Below, one piece after another: positions 21,701-30,107 of a stretch of DNA of 64,000 nt (its first letter is position 1; each line of letters opens with the position of its first letter). Below the pieces are notes generated by a model, which searched no databases, was not told where the DNA came from, and saw nothing but the letters and a program-made list of their open reading frames with translations. This DNA is from Longimicrobiales bacterium. Its GTDB lineage: Bacteria > Gemmatimonadota > Gemmatimonadetes > Longimicrobiales > Gaopeijiaceae. The translations under genes and the position numbers were made by a program. The stretch covers positions 1,440,001-1,504,000 of the forward strand of contig CBDFMQ010000002.1 of assembly GCA_965249725.1 (NCBI GenBank), read 5' to 3'.

Positions 21701-21985
21701 GTCACGTCGGCAGGGCCGCCGCTGACCTGTACGCCGTACGTCCCCGAGGGCACGTTAGCGAACGAGTAGGTACCGCCAGCACCAGTCGTTGCCGACTGCG
21801 AAGCAGCGCCCACGAGGCTGACCGTGACACCAGCGAGGCCCATGCCCTCGACCGAAACCGTACCACTTACGGTTCCGACGATGGCTACCGGCGTCGTAGT
21901 TGTCGTAGTCGTCGTATCGTCGTCACAAGCGACCATCGGAATGGTCGCGAGCAAGGCGATAGCTGCGAAAACGAAGGAACTTCAT
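18736..21985 (-). CDS. Large Ala/Gly/Thr-rich surface lipoprotein (S-layer/adhesin-like); apparent +1 nt frameshift near codon 6
   Basis: 1072-aa open frame with lipobox MVAC-DDD and a Thr8 linker, two carboxypeptidase-regulatory-like beta repeats, Ig-like DxAGN/DxTxPT motifs, one Lys. The ATG at 21985 with GGAG RBS is out of frame by one T. Confidence 0.8.
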
Positions 21986-22059
21986 TGATAAATCTCCAGT
22001 ATGGAGGTGTAGTTCGCTCGCCCTAGAAGGCAGAGCGCAAGAATCCGAGGTGCCGGAAG

Positions 22060-22076
22060 CGCAAGGATGGTGCCAC
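22060..22076 (-). promoter_or_regulatory. Putative sigma54 (-24/-12) promoter
   Basis: Minus strand TGGCAC-CATCC-TTGCG with exact GG-N10-GC spacing, ~75 nt upstream of ATG 21985. Confidence 0.75.
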
Positions 22077-22161
22077 AACGAAAACCGAAGATCATCCAGT
22101 GTTTATGCGGTGTTTCGGCGGTCTCTAGACTGTGGAAAAAGCATCAGAAACCCGTGGACCC

Positions 22162-23178
22162 TCAGATTTCTGAGGATTCGGCCAAATACCGCTCTGCCAT
22201 GGTCACGATTTCGCTGGAACCCAGGTACAACGGGGTTCTTTGGTGCAGGTCGGTGGGCTCGAGGTCCAGAATGCGGTTTTGGCCGTCCGAAGCCCTCCCG
22301 CCGGCCTGTTCACAGATCATTGCCATGGGCGCGGCCTCGTATAGGAGCCGCAGCTTCCCTTGTGGCGCCTTGCTATCAGCCGGATACATGAACACACCCC
22401 CCTTGAGGAGCGTCCGATGGAAGTCGGCGACCAGCGAGCCGATATATCGGGAGCTGTAGGAGGGCGTAGATGCACCGTCCAGCCCCTTCAGATGCTGCAT
22501 GAGGCGCTGTTGCCCCCTAGACCAGCGTGGGTAATACGCCTCGTTGATCGAGTACATCAGGTTGGGCGGGTCCGGTATCGTGATGTCTCGATGACTCAGC
22601 AGGAACTCGCCGATCGACGGATCGAGCGTAAAGCCGTGTACCCCGTGGCCACTCGTGTAGACGAGCATCGTCGACGAACCGTACAGGACGTAGCCGGCAG
22701 CGAGCTGCTCGGATCCCGCCTGGAGGCAATCTTCCAGCGTCCCGTCCTCTCCCCCGGAGATCTTCCGGTGAATCGAGAAGATGGTCCCTATGGAAACGTT
22801 CACGTCGATGTTCGACGAGCCGTCGAGCGGGTCGAAGATCAGGACGTAGTCCCCTTTGGGGAACTCCGCCGGGATCGGCAGGATCTCTTCCGATTCCTCC
22901 GAGACCATGCAGCAGAGCGTACCCGAGTGATCCATGGCTCTGTAGATCACGTCCTGGGCGTACAAGTCGAGCTTCTGCACCCGCTCCCCTTGGACATTGA
23001 CCGTGCCCGCGCCGCCTAGGAGGTCCACGATGCCGGCCTTGTTCACCTCTCTGGAGATGATCTTGGCCGCCAGAGTGAGTCCGTAGAGGATGTTGCTGAA
23101 GGCTCCGGTAACCTCGGGTCGGCTCCGTTCCTCTTCTAGGATGTGCCGTTCGAGTGTGACGACGCTGTTTTCGGGCAT
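22162..23178 (-). CDS. fbp: Fructose-1,6-bisphosphatase class 1
   Basis: NVQGERVQKLD, SEE, FDPLDGSSNID, RYIGSLVADFHRTL, KLRLLYEA. Start MPENSV. Confidence 0.97.
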   Translation of the reverse strand: MPENSVVTLERHILEEERSRPEVTGAFSNILYGLTLAAKIISREVNKAGIVDLLGGAGTVNVQGERVQKLDLYAQDVIYRAMDHSGTLCCMVSEESEEILPIPAEFPKGDYVLIFDPLDGSSNIDVNVSIGTIFSIHRKISGGEDGTLEDCLQAGSEQLAAGYVLYGSSTMLVYTSGHGVHGFTLDPSIGEFLLSHRDITIPDPPNLMYSINEAYYPRWSRGQQRLMQHLKGLDGASTPSYSSRYIGSLVADFHRTLLKGGVFMYPADSKAPQGKLRLLYEAAPMAMICEQAGGRASDGQNRILDLEPTDLHQRTPLYLGSSEIVTMAERYLAESSEI

Positions 23179-23304
23179 GGCCCCAGGGGTGGGAGTCGGT
23201 CTGCAACAGCCGTGAGGCCAAGATAACCGGGGCCCTGCCCCGGTCAACGACCGCCTCGTCCCCACATCTCGCACCGCCGTGTCCGCACCTCTCACCATTG
23301 CCTC

Positions 23305-25638
23305 TTACCACTGCGTCCTGACCTCGTACAGCCCGCTGCGTCTGGCACGGACTCGTACATGGCCTCTCTCGTCCGTTCGTAGCACGCGGAGCCCCGCCGC
23401 ATAGAGCCGCTGTAGCACATCGGGATGCGGATGCCCGTAACGGTTTCTGGCTCCAACAGAGATTACCGCCGACTCCGGCGACGTCTTGGACAGGAGGTCT
23501 GGGGATGTGGACGTGTTCGATCCGTGGTGTCCCACCTTCAACAACTCCAATTCGGCAGGCAGATCGGCCAGAAGCACCTCCTCGACCTCCGTCGGGGCGT
23601 CGCCGGTCAGAAGCGCCTCGAACACACCGTACTGGACGAGAACGACGACGGACTGCGCGTTCGAGTCACTCCTACCGGCCGGAGTGGTCGACGGACCGTC
23701 CGGGTAGAGCACTTCTAGTCGGGCTCCGTCCAGGTCCAGTACGAACCCTCGCCTGGCCTCGATCCATGGAATCCCGTTGTCCTGGGCCACCTGTAGGACG
23801 TCCACATAGGCGTCCTTCCCGGCCGCCTGGGCCGGATCCATGATGAAGCGGGGATGAAGGGCCTCCGTGACGACCTCGGCGCCGCCGATGTGATCGAGGT
23901 CGGGATGAGTGAGGATCAGCCCTTCCAAGCGGGCGGCCCCCCGACCGCGGAGATAGGGAATCACGACCCTCGCCCCCGCGTCCCAGGACCGCCCTCTCGG
24001 CCCCGTATCGACGACGACCCACCAGCCGGCCGGTGAACGCACCGCCACGGCGTCCCCCTGCCCAACATCAAGAAAGACGATCTCGAGGGTCCCGGCACCC
24101 AAGGCGCGCTCCACCAGGGGAGCCGCACCCATACCTGCCACTGTCACCGCGGCCACCACCAGGTATCGGACCCAGGGCCTCAGCCGTTCACGGGTCGTGC
24201 GGACCCATGCGACTCCCAGGAGGCCTCCGGCCACGCACCCGATCATTGTTGCGTCTCCCACCCAGACCGACGCCCCAGGGAGAGAACCGACCCCCCGGGC
24301 GAGGCCCTCAAGGCCCCTGAGCAGGAGATCCGTGCCGCCGGCGAGGAACGTCGCCACGGACGGAAGTGGGCCGTAGGCCACTAATGTGGCCAGGAGACCC
24401 GGGATGGCCGCGGCAACCAGAGGCGTGGCTACCAGGGTCGCCGCGACCCCCACGACGGAGACACGTCCGAAGTGCCAGGCGACGAACGGCAACGTGAAGA
24501 GCGTGGCAGCCACTCCTGCCGCGACGCCATCCCGAAGGGTCCGTGGCATTCGACGAAGACGCCCGACATCCAAGGCCCTCCTCAACGGAGGTGCAGCCGT
24601 CACCAACCCGACCGCGCCCGCGAACGAAAGTTGAAATCCCGGCCGCGCCAGAGCGAACGGGTCTCTCACGACGAGAATCAAGAGCGCGCTGGCGATGGCC
24701 CCGAGCGCACCGGCAGGCCGCGCCCGCAGACGGGACGCCGAAACGAGGGTGAGGATCAAGGCTGCCCGGGAGGCCGCGTCCGGAAAGCCGATGAAGCCCA
24801 CGTAGAGCCACGTGAAGATGGTCGCCACGGCCGGGGCCGATCTCCGTGAAACACCCACCCTCCGGACCAGGACACCCAGGATCAACGCGACTACGCCCAC
24901 ATGAAAGCCCGAGATCGCCAACAGGTGCAAAATGCCGGCCAAGGCAAACGACTCGCGGACCTCCGGGTCCAGTCCCTCCTTTCGAGCCAGGATTAGGGCG
25001 GAGGCAACGGGCCAGGTGTCGGGAAACAGCTGCCGGATCCACGATTCGACGCGGCCCCGGTAGCGGGCGCGGGCGGCGGCAACGCTGAGCCTGCCGGTGC
25101 CGACGCCTACGCGGGCGCCGACGAAGGCAGTATCCGTCCACACGTGGTCCAGAACCATCACCCCGGCGAACTGCGGCCTCGACGCCTCCGGATGGGGCGC
25201 GCGCTGCCAGCGAGCGGTTCCCACAACCGGCTGCCCGGGCGCGGGACCTCGCGCGGTGTCCGGCATTCGCCACAGGACCCTGATCTCCCCGCGACACCCC
25301 AGGCCGTCTGCGAGGCGGAACGGACGGACTCCGGATCCAGGCGGTGTCTCGAACCACCCCGATACGGTCCCCGAAGCGCCGTCGGACAGGTGGAGCCGGC
25401 AATCACTCTCGGCAGAACGACGCTCGGAGTGGGTGAGCACGGCGCCGGCCAGGACGGCCATCGACACGGCGAGCGGGATCTGCCCCCGACGTTTCGGGCG
25501 AAGGAAGGGCAGAAAGAGTACTGCTAGAGGGGTGAGGGAGGGAACGTGGGAGAGCGGGGAGGCAAAGACCGTAGCGACGGCGCACCCGCCGAGAAAGGCA
25601 AGGGCGAGCAGGGCCACGGGTGGCACCAGGGGTCTCAA
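23305..25638 (-). CDS. comEC: ComEC/Rec2 DNA uptake channel with C-terminal metallo-beta-lactamase domain
   Basis: HLLAISGFHV, GFQLSF, FLDVGQGDA, THPDLDHIGG, LLTGD, KVGHHGS, NRYGHP. Confidence 0.95.
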   Translation of the reverse strand: MRPLVPPVALLALAFLGGCAVATVFASPLSHVPSLTPLAVLFLPFLRPKRRGQIPLAVSMAVLAGAVLTHSERRSAESDCRLHLSDGASGTVSGWFETPPGSGVRPFRLADGLGCRGEIRVLWRMPDTARGPAPGQPVVGTARWQRAPHPEASRPQFAGVMVLDHVWTDTAFVGARVGVGTGRLSVAAARARYRGRVESWIRQLFPDTWPVASALILARKEGLDPEVRESFALAGILHLLAISGFHVGVVALILGVLVRRVGVSRRSAPAVATIFTWLYVGFIGFPDAASRAALILTLVSASRLRARPAGALGAIASALLILVVRDPFALARPGFQLSFAGAVGLVTAAPPLRRALDVGRLRRMPRTLRDGVAAGVAATLFTLPFVAWHFGRVSVVGVAATLVATPLVAAAIPGLLATLVAYGPLPSVATFLAGGTDLLLRGLEGLARGVGSLPGASVWVGDATMIGCVAGGLLGVAWVRTTRERLRPWVRYLVVAAVTVAGMGAAPLVERALGAGTLEIVFLDVGQGDAVAVRSPAGWWVVVDTGPRGRSWDAGARVVIPYLRGRGAARLEGLILTHPDLDHIGGAEVVTEALHPRFIMDPAQAAGKDAYVDVLQVAQDNGIPWIEARRGFVLDLDGARLEVLYPDGPSTTPAGRSDSNAQSVVVLVQYGVFEALLTGDAPTEVEEVLLADLPAELELLKVGHHGSNTSTSPDLLSKTSPESAVISVGARNRYGHPHPDVLQRLYAAGLRVLRTDERGHVRVRARRSGLYEVRTQW

Positions 25639-25674
25639 GGAGGACCGCGGAGCCGCGAGGCATCGGGAATCAGG

Positions 25675-26007
25675 CTAGAACAGGTCCTCCTCCCCTTCGG
25701 GTTGCACGTCGGACTCCGTGGGGAAGAGCTCCTGCTGCGTGCGATCGATCAGAGCGCGCTCCTCGCGGTCCTCCGTCTCTAACCGATGCCGCAGAATCGA
25801 GCGCACTTTGAGATCGCTCTGCACGCCGGCGATCAGCATGACCACCATCCCCGTGAACAGGCCACCCAGCGCAACGACCGTGACCGGCACCCGATAGAAG
25901 ACGACGATGCCCAGATCGACCGTGACGGGCCGCGCCCCGTTCATGGCGGCAAAGACGATGGAGATGACCAGGACCAAGAAAACCCCGAGGGGTCCGGCCA
26001 TCCTCAT
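25675..26007 (-). CDS. Small two-TM membrane protein, LapA/DUF1049-like
   Basis: TM-FAAMN..VTVDL..VP-TM architecture with a charged tail; ATGA overlap with the miaB stop. Confidence 0.7.
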   Translation of the reverse strand: MRMAGPLGVFLVLVISIVFAAMNGARPVTVDLGIVVFYRVPVTVVALGGLFTGMVVMLIAGVQSDLKVRSILRHRLETEDREERALIDRTQQELFPTESDVQPEGEEDLF

Positions 26008-27518
26008 GACTGAACGGCCATCACAGGGGTCTCAGACAGCTCTCCGACGAACGTCGCGCTGGTCGTGGCCGTGAGGGCCACCGTCTGGTAGGTGGCAATG
26101 AGGTCCGGCGAACCCTGAAACGCCACGACCTTGTTGCGTCTCGTGCGGCCGAGAATCTGCCCCGGATCACGGGCCGTCTTCTCCACCAGGACCTCTTCGA
26201 CTCGCCCCACTTCACCGCGGTTGATCTCGCCTTGGATCTCTCGATGGACCTCGATCAACCGTGCCAGGCGGGCCTGCGCCTCGTCGGCGGGGACGAAGTC
26301 TTCCGGCGGCAGTCGGGTGGCCGGCGTGCCCTCGCGCAGCGAATAGCGATACGTGTAGGCGTCGTCGAAGCGCACGGTGCGAAGGACGCTCAACGTGTCC
26401 TCGAACTGCTCCGGGGTCTCCCCCGGGAACGCGACGATAACATCGGTGGACAGAGCGATGTCGGGGATGGCCCGTCGCGCCAAGTCCACCTTCTCCAGAA
26501 AGCTCTCCACCGAATACCGGCGGAGCATCCGCTTCAACACGCGGTCGCTCCCCGACTGGAGGGGCAAGTGGAGCTGTTCACACACGGCGGGCTCTTCGGC
26601 CATGACCTCGAGCAGCTCGGGGGTCACGTCGTTCGGGTGAGGCGACGTGAACCGCACCCTCCGAATCCCCGGCACACGGGCAACCGACCTGAGCAGGTCG
26701 GTAAACGACGTCTCCTGCGACCGATAGGAGTTCACCGTCTGCCCGAGGAGCGTCACCTCGGTGAGGCCCGAGGCCGCGATCTCTTCGATCTCGGCGAGCA
26801 CTGCTTCAGGTCGGCGGTTCTTCTCGGGGCCCCTAACGTAGGGAACGATGCAGAACGTGCATCGGTGATCGCACCCGCGCTGAATCGGGACCCAGGCAGA
26901 TATGCGAGAGGTCCGGCGCTGGGCCAGGCCTTCGTAGTTCTCGCCGAGGTTGAGATCCAGCACCGCGAGCTGGGGCCCTCGCTTCTTGCTCGACCGGGAA
27001 GGCATGATGCGACGTCCCTCCTTGAGAGCCTCGAGCCGTTCGGGCAGGGATCGGTACCCGTCGGGGCCCATCACCAGATCGACGAAGGGCGCCTGCTCGA
27101 GGAGCACGTCACCCATGCGTTGGGCCATGCAGCCCGTCACTCCGATGACCACGTCCGGGCGCTCCTTCTTCAGCCCGTGCAGCTGCCCTACCCTGCCGAG
27201 CACCCGTTTCTCCGCGTGCTCACGGATCGCGCACGTGTTCACGAGAATGACGTCGGCTTCTTCGGGGGTGGAGGCGATCTCGTACCCGTGCTCGGCCAGA
27301 ACCCCCTCCATCAGCTCTCCATCGCTGATGTTCATCTGGCAGCCATACGTCTCGACGTAGGCCCGTTTCTTGGCCGGTTTGTGGGCCCGCTCGTTGGCCC
27401 GTCCGTTGGCAGGTCCGTTGGCAGGTCCGTTGGCAGGTCCGTTGGTAGGTCCGTTGGTAGGTCCGTTGGTAGGTCCGTTGGTAGGTCCGTTGGTAGGCTT
27501 CATGGGTCTGGAGATCAT
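26004..27518 (-). CDS. miaB: tRNA-2-methylthio-N6-dimethylallyladenosine synthase
   Basis: TYGCQMN, NTCAIRE, GCMAQ, radical SAM CDHRCTFC, TSPHP, C-terminal TRAM domain. Confidence 0.96.
   Translation of the reverse strand: MISRPMKPTNGPTNGPTNGPTNGPTNGPANGPANGPANGRANERAHKPAKKRAYVETYGCQMNISDGELMEGVLAEHGYEIASTPEEADVILVNTCAIREHAEKRVLGRVGQLHGLKKERPDVVIGVTGCMAQRMGDVLLEQAPFVDLVMGPDGYRSLPERLEALKEGRRIMPSRSSKKRGPQLAVLDLNLGENYEGLAQRRTSRISAWVPIQRGCDHRCTFCIVPYVRGPEKNRRPEAVLAEIEEIAASGLTEVTLLGQTVNSYRSQETSFTDLLRSVARVPGIRRVRFTSPHPNDVTPELLEVMAEEPAVCEQLHLPLQSGSDRVLKRMLRRYSVESFLEKVDLARRAIPDIALSTDVIVAFPGETPEQFEDTLSVLRTVRFDDAYTYRYSLREGTPATRLPPEDFVPADEAQARLARLIEVHREIQGEINRGEVGRVEEVLVEKTARDPGQILGRTRRNKVVAFQGSPDLIATYQTVALTATTSATFVGELSETPVMAVQS
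27389..27496. repeat. 12-bp in-frame tandem repeat, 8 units plus 1 degenerate, encoding (T/A)NGP at the MiaB N-terminus
   Basis: gtccgttggcag x3 then gtccgttggtag x5. Confidence 0.95.
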
Positions 27519-28879
27519 ACCGAACTCAGTTGCGAACGCTGTGACAAATCCATGTCACTGGAAGCCGACTCCACGTCGCGGGGAACCGACCGGTCGAGAT
27601 CAATATACAGGCCTTCGCCCGAGCCCCGCAGCCGACCGTCGTACAGGTACCTCAGGTCGGCTTCTCCGGCCCCTCTGGCGTCGACGCGCAGATAGTCTCC
27701 GGTGAGAGCCATCCGACCAGAGGCCTCGAGCGTCACCCTGGCGTCCTCGCCTTCTCTGGAGTTCCGGTAACGCTCACCCTTGTCCTGAGCGAGCGTCCTC
27801 AGTTCCCTGCTCCGCTCTCCGGCGATGCGTTGAGGCACAGGGTCCGACAACTCCGTGGCCTCGGTCCCGTCCTTGGGGGAGAATGGAAAGACGTGCAGAT
27901 AGGTGTAAGGCAGCTCCTCGACGAGTCGCAGCGTGTCCTCGTGGTCTTGAATGGTCTCTCCGGGGAAGCCGGTGATCACGTCGCCGCCGAGACCGAGCCG
28001 AGAGAGCTTGGAAGCGATCTCGAGCGCCCGGGTCCGGTAGTGCTCCCTGGTGTGCCATCGCCGCATTCGGCGGAGTACGGCATCGGCCCCGCTCTGAAGC
28101 GGCATGTGGAGGTGAGGTGCCACTCTACCGCCGGACGTGACCATCAGCTCGAGCAGAAGGTCGTCGACTTCCGTCGCCTCGATGCTCCCCAGGCGAAACC
28201 GGACGTCCGGAACGCTATCGAGAAGACGGGCCAGCAGCTCCGAGAGGGTCACCGGGTCGTCCAGGTCTCGTCCGTAGTGACCGATGTGGATACCGGTGAT
28301 CACCAGCTCGGGATGAGGACCCGCGAGCACCGACGCCTCTTGAATGACCTCCTCAGGGAGTCGAGAGCGGCTCGACCCGCGGGCAAGCCGCGTGGCGCAG
28401 AACGAGCAGTGCCTGTCGCAGCCGTCCTGGACCTTCAGCCAGCCTCTCGTCGCGCCCTCCCTACGCGTCAGGATGGACGCGCCGACGGGCTCTTGATCCA
28501 GGTGGGCGAGGCCCCTGTGTGTGCCCAGCTGCACCAGCCCCGCTTGGAGATCCCCGACGGCCCCGGCCAGCTGAACGGGGTCATGTCCCGGCACCACGGC
28601 TTCCACCTCGTCCATGGCCTCGTACTGGGCTGTTCTGAGTACCGCGGAGCATCCGGCCACGACTACGCGGGCATCGGGTCGCTCCCTGCGGAGCCGGCGG
28701 ATGAAGCGGCGGGCCTCGGCATCGGCTGCGTTGGTAACGGTGCAGGTGTTGACCACACAGACCTCGGCCGTGGAGTCACCGTCTACGGTGGTGGCACCCC
28801 GAGCCTCCAGTTCCTGCCGCATACGCTCGGTGTCGTACTGGTTGGCCTTACATCCGAACGTGTGGTAGAGGACCCGCAT
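27515..28879 (-). CDS. mtaB: MtaB-like tRNA methylthiotransferase (radical SAM)
   Basis: HTFGCKANQYD, VNTCTVT, LKVQDGCDRHCSFC, TGIHIGHYG, HVFPFSP. Start MRVLYH. Confidence 0.9.
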   Translation of the reverse strand: MRVLYHTFGCKANQYDTERMRQELEARGATTVDGDSTAEVCVVNTCTVTNAADAEARRFIRRLRRERPDARVVVAGCSAVLRTAQYEAMDEVEAVVPGHDPVQLAGAVGDLQAGLVQLGTHRGLAHLDQEPVGASILTRREGATRGWLKVQDGCDRHCSFCATRLARGSSRSRLPEEVIQEASVLAGPHPELVITGIHIGHYGRDLDDPVTLSELLARLLDSVPDVRFRLGSIEATEVDDLLLELMVTSGGRVAPHLHMPLQSGADAVLRRMRRWHTREHYRTRALEIASKLSRLGLGGDVITGFPGETIQDHEDTLRLVEELPYTYLHVFPFSPKDGTEATELSDPVPQRIAGERSRELRTLAQDKGERYRNSREGEDARVTLEASGRMALTGDYLRVDARGAGEADLRYLYDGRLRGSGEGLYIDLDRSVPRDVESASSDMDLSQRSQLSSV

Positions 28880-28892
28880 GTCGCCTGCCGCG

Positions 28893-30107
28893 TCAGCGGC
28901 CCCCGACCCGAACCGTGAAGGTGAGTCGCCGGAAGCTCTCGTCAAGCTCACCAGCCGTGCGGCTCCCGACTTCCACCGCCGCATCGAATGTCGCAAGCGG
29001 AATACCCAGGGCCTGGGCCATGACAACCGAGAATCCGCCCGAGAACGTGCTCTCGGTGGCGGTCTCTCCCCGGAATCGGAAGGGCATCCCGGTATGCCGA
29101 TAACCCAGGCGGAACGGAAGGTCCCCCGCCCAGAACTCACGGGCCGTCCATTGGAGGCCGGCTCCATAGGACGTAACCCGTCCGACCGCGAGGGCATCGA
29201 ACGCGGGGCCGCCCAGGTCGGACCAGTTGGCCGTGGACACACCCGCGGTCACCGAAAGTGCGGGGCTCAGAATCGTGGTGGCCGCCACCCGGATCTCGAG
29301 CGGGGGCGTCACCTCAATGGCGTCGGCTGCCGTCGTACCCACGGGCTCGCCGCTGATATGTCCCGACCAGGCGAGGGAAGCACCTAGCTGCACCACCTCG
29401 GTGGGGTCCCAAGACGCACTCACGGACGCGACCGGACCGGAGTAGGTCCACCGGCCCGCATCGCCGAACGGGCTGATCTGATTGACGACGTCGAGACTGT
29501 CCAACTGCCGATTAAAGCTCCGGTTGAAGCTCCGATCCACATGGCCCCGATAGACACCCAAGGAGGCACCGAGGGCCAGTGTGTTCGAGAGGCGCCGCGC
29601 GTATCCGACTCGCATGGCCGACAGTCCGCCGTCGGACTCGAACGCATCCGTGACGGGCACCGACTCGCCACCTATCTCGACGCTGCCTTCGGTGACCGCG
29701 CCCCAGCGCTGGTCGAAGACGCTTCCCGAGGTCACCGTCAGGACGCTCCGGATACCGAGGGGGTATGCCAGACCGAGAATGGGAAAGCGCGTTCCCTGGA
29801 AATCACCCTCTTCGGACCCGACCGTGTAGTCACCCCAGGTGGGTTGCACCGAAAAAGAGACGGTGGGAGCGAGCAGGTCGAGCGAGGCCGTGGGGTCGGT
29901 CGGCAGAATGGACGCAGGTCCGTTCGCCACACCGACTCCACCGAGGGCGCGCTGGACCGCATCCAGAGGCTCACTGCGCACGCCGAGTCCCCCCGTGCTG
30001 AGAAGGGACTGACCCGCAGCCGCACCCGGCAGGCCTACAAGGGGGCCCACAAGGAGGCCTAACCAGATCCACAAAGGCCTCTTGGGCGAGATCGGTAAAC
30101 GCATCAT
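28893..30107 (-). CDS. Putative outer-membrane beta-barrel (FadL/OmpP1-like layout)
   Basis: Signal peptide ending AAAG-Q, N-terminal plug-like ALGGVGVA..PTA, then alternating amphipathic strands. Confidence 0.65.
   Translation of the reverse strand: MMRLPISPKRPLWIWLGLLVGPLVGLPGAAAGQSLLSTGGLGVRSEPLDAVQRALGGVGVANGPASILPTDPTASLDLLAPTVSFSVQPTWGDYTVGSEEGDFQGTRFPILGLAYPLGIRSVLTVTSGSVFDQRWGAVTEGSVEIGGESVPVTDAFESDGGLSAMRVGYARRLSNTLALGASLGVYRGHVDRSFNRSFNRQLDSLDVVNQISPFGDAGRWTYSGPVASVSASWDPTEVVQLGASLAWSGHISGEPVGTTAADAIEVTPPLEIRVAATTILSPALSVTAGVSTANWSDLGGPAFDALAVGRVTSYGAGLQWTAREFWAGDLPFRLGYRHTGMPFRFRGETATESTFSGGFSVVMAQALGIPLATFDAAVEVGSRTAGELDESFRRLTFTVRVGGR

Noticed and set aside
22032..22056. Second sigma54-like GGCAC...TTGC
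   Set aside because: The spacing is 4 nt too long for GG-N10-GC.
22131..22139. DnaA-box match TTTTCCACA (minus strand)
   Set aside because: Single copy, no cluster, unwinding element or dnaA nearby; probably chance.
18016..22160. Genomic island or prophage around hicAB and the surface protein
   Set aside because: No integrase, tRNA target or flanking direct repeats; the codon bias fits high expression better than foreign origin.
28880..29242. N-terminal extension of MtaB (similar over-extensions for trpF, fbp, msrP, ftsZ, ftsL, mraZ)
   Set aside because: They overlap upstream genes or promoters; the conserved domains begin at the downstream starts used above.
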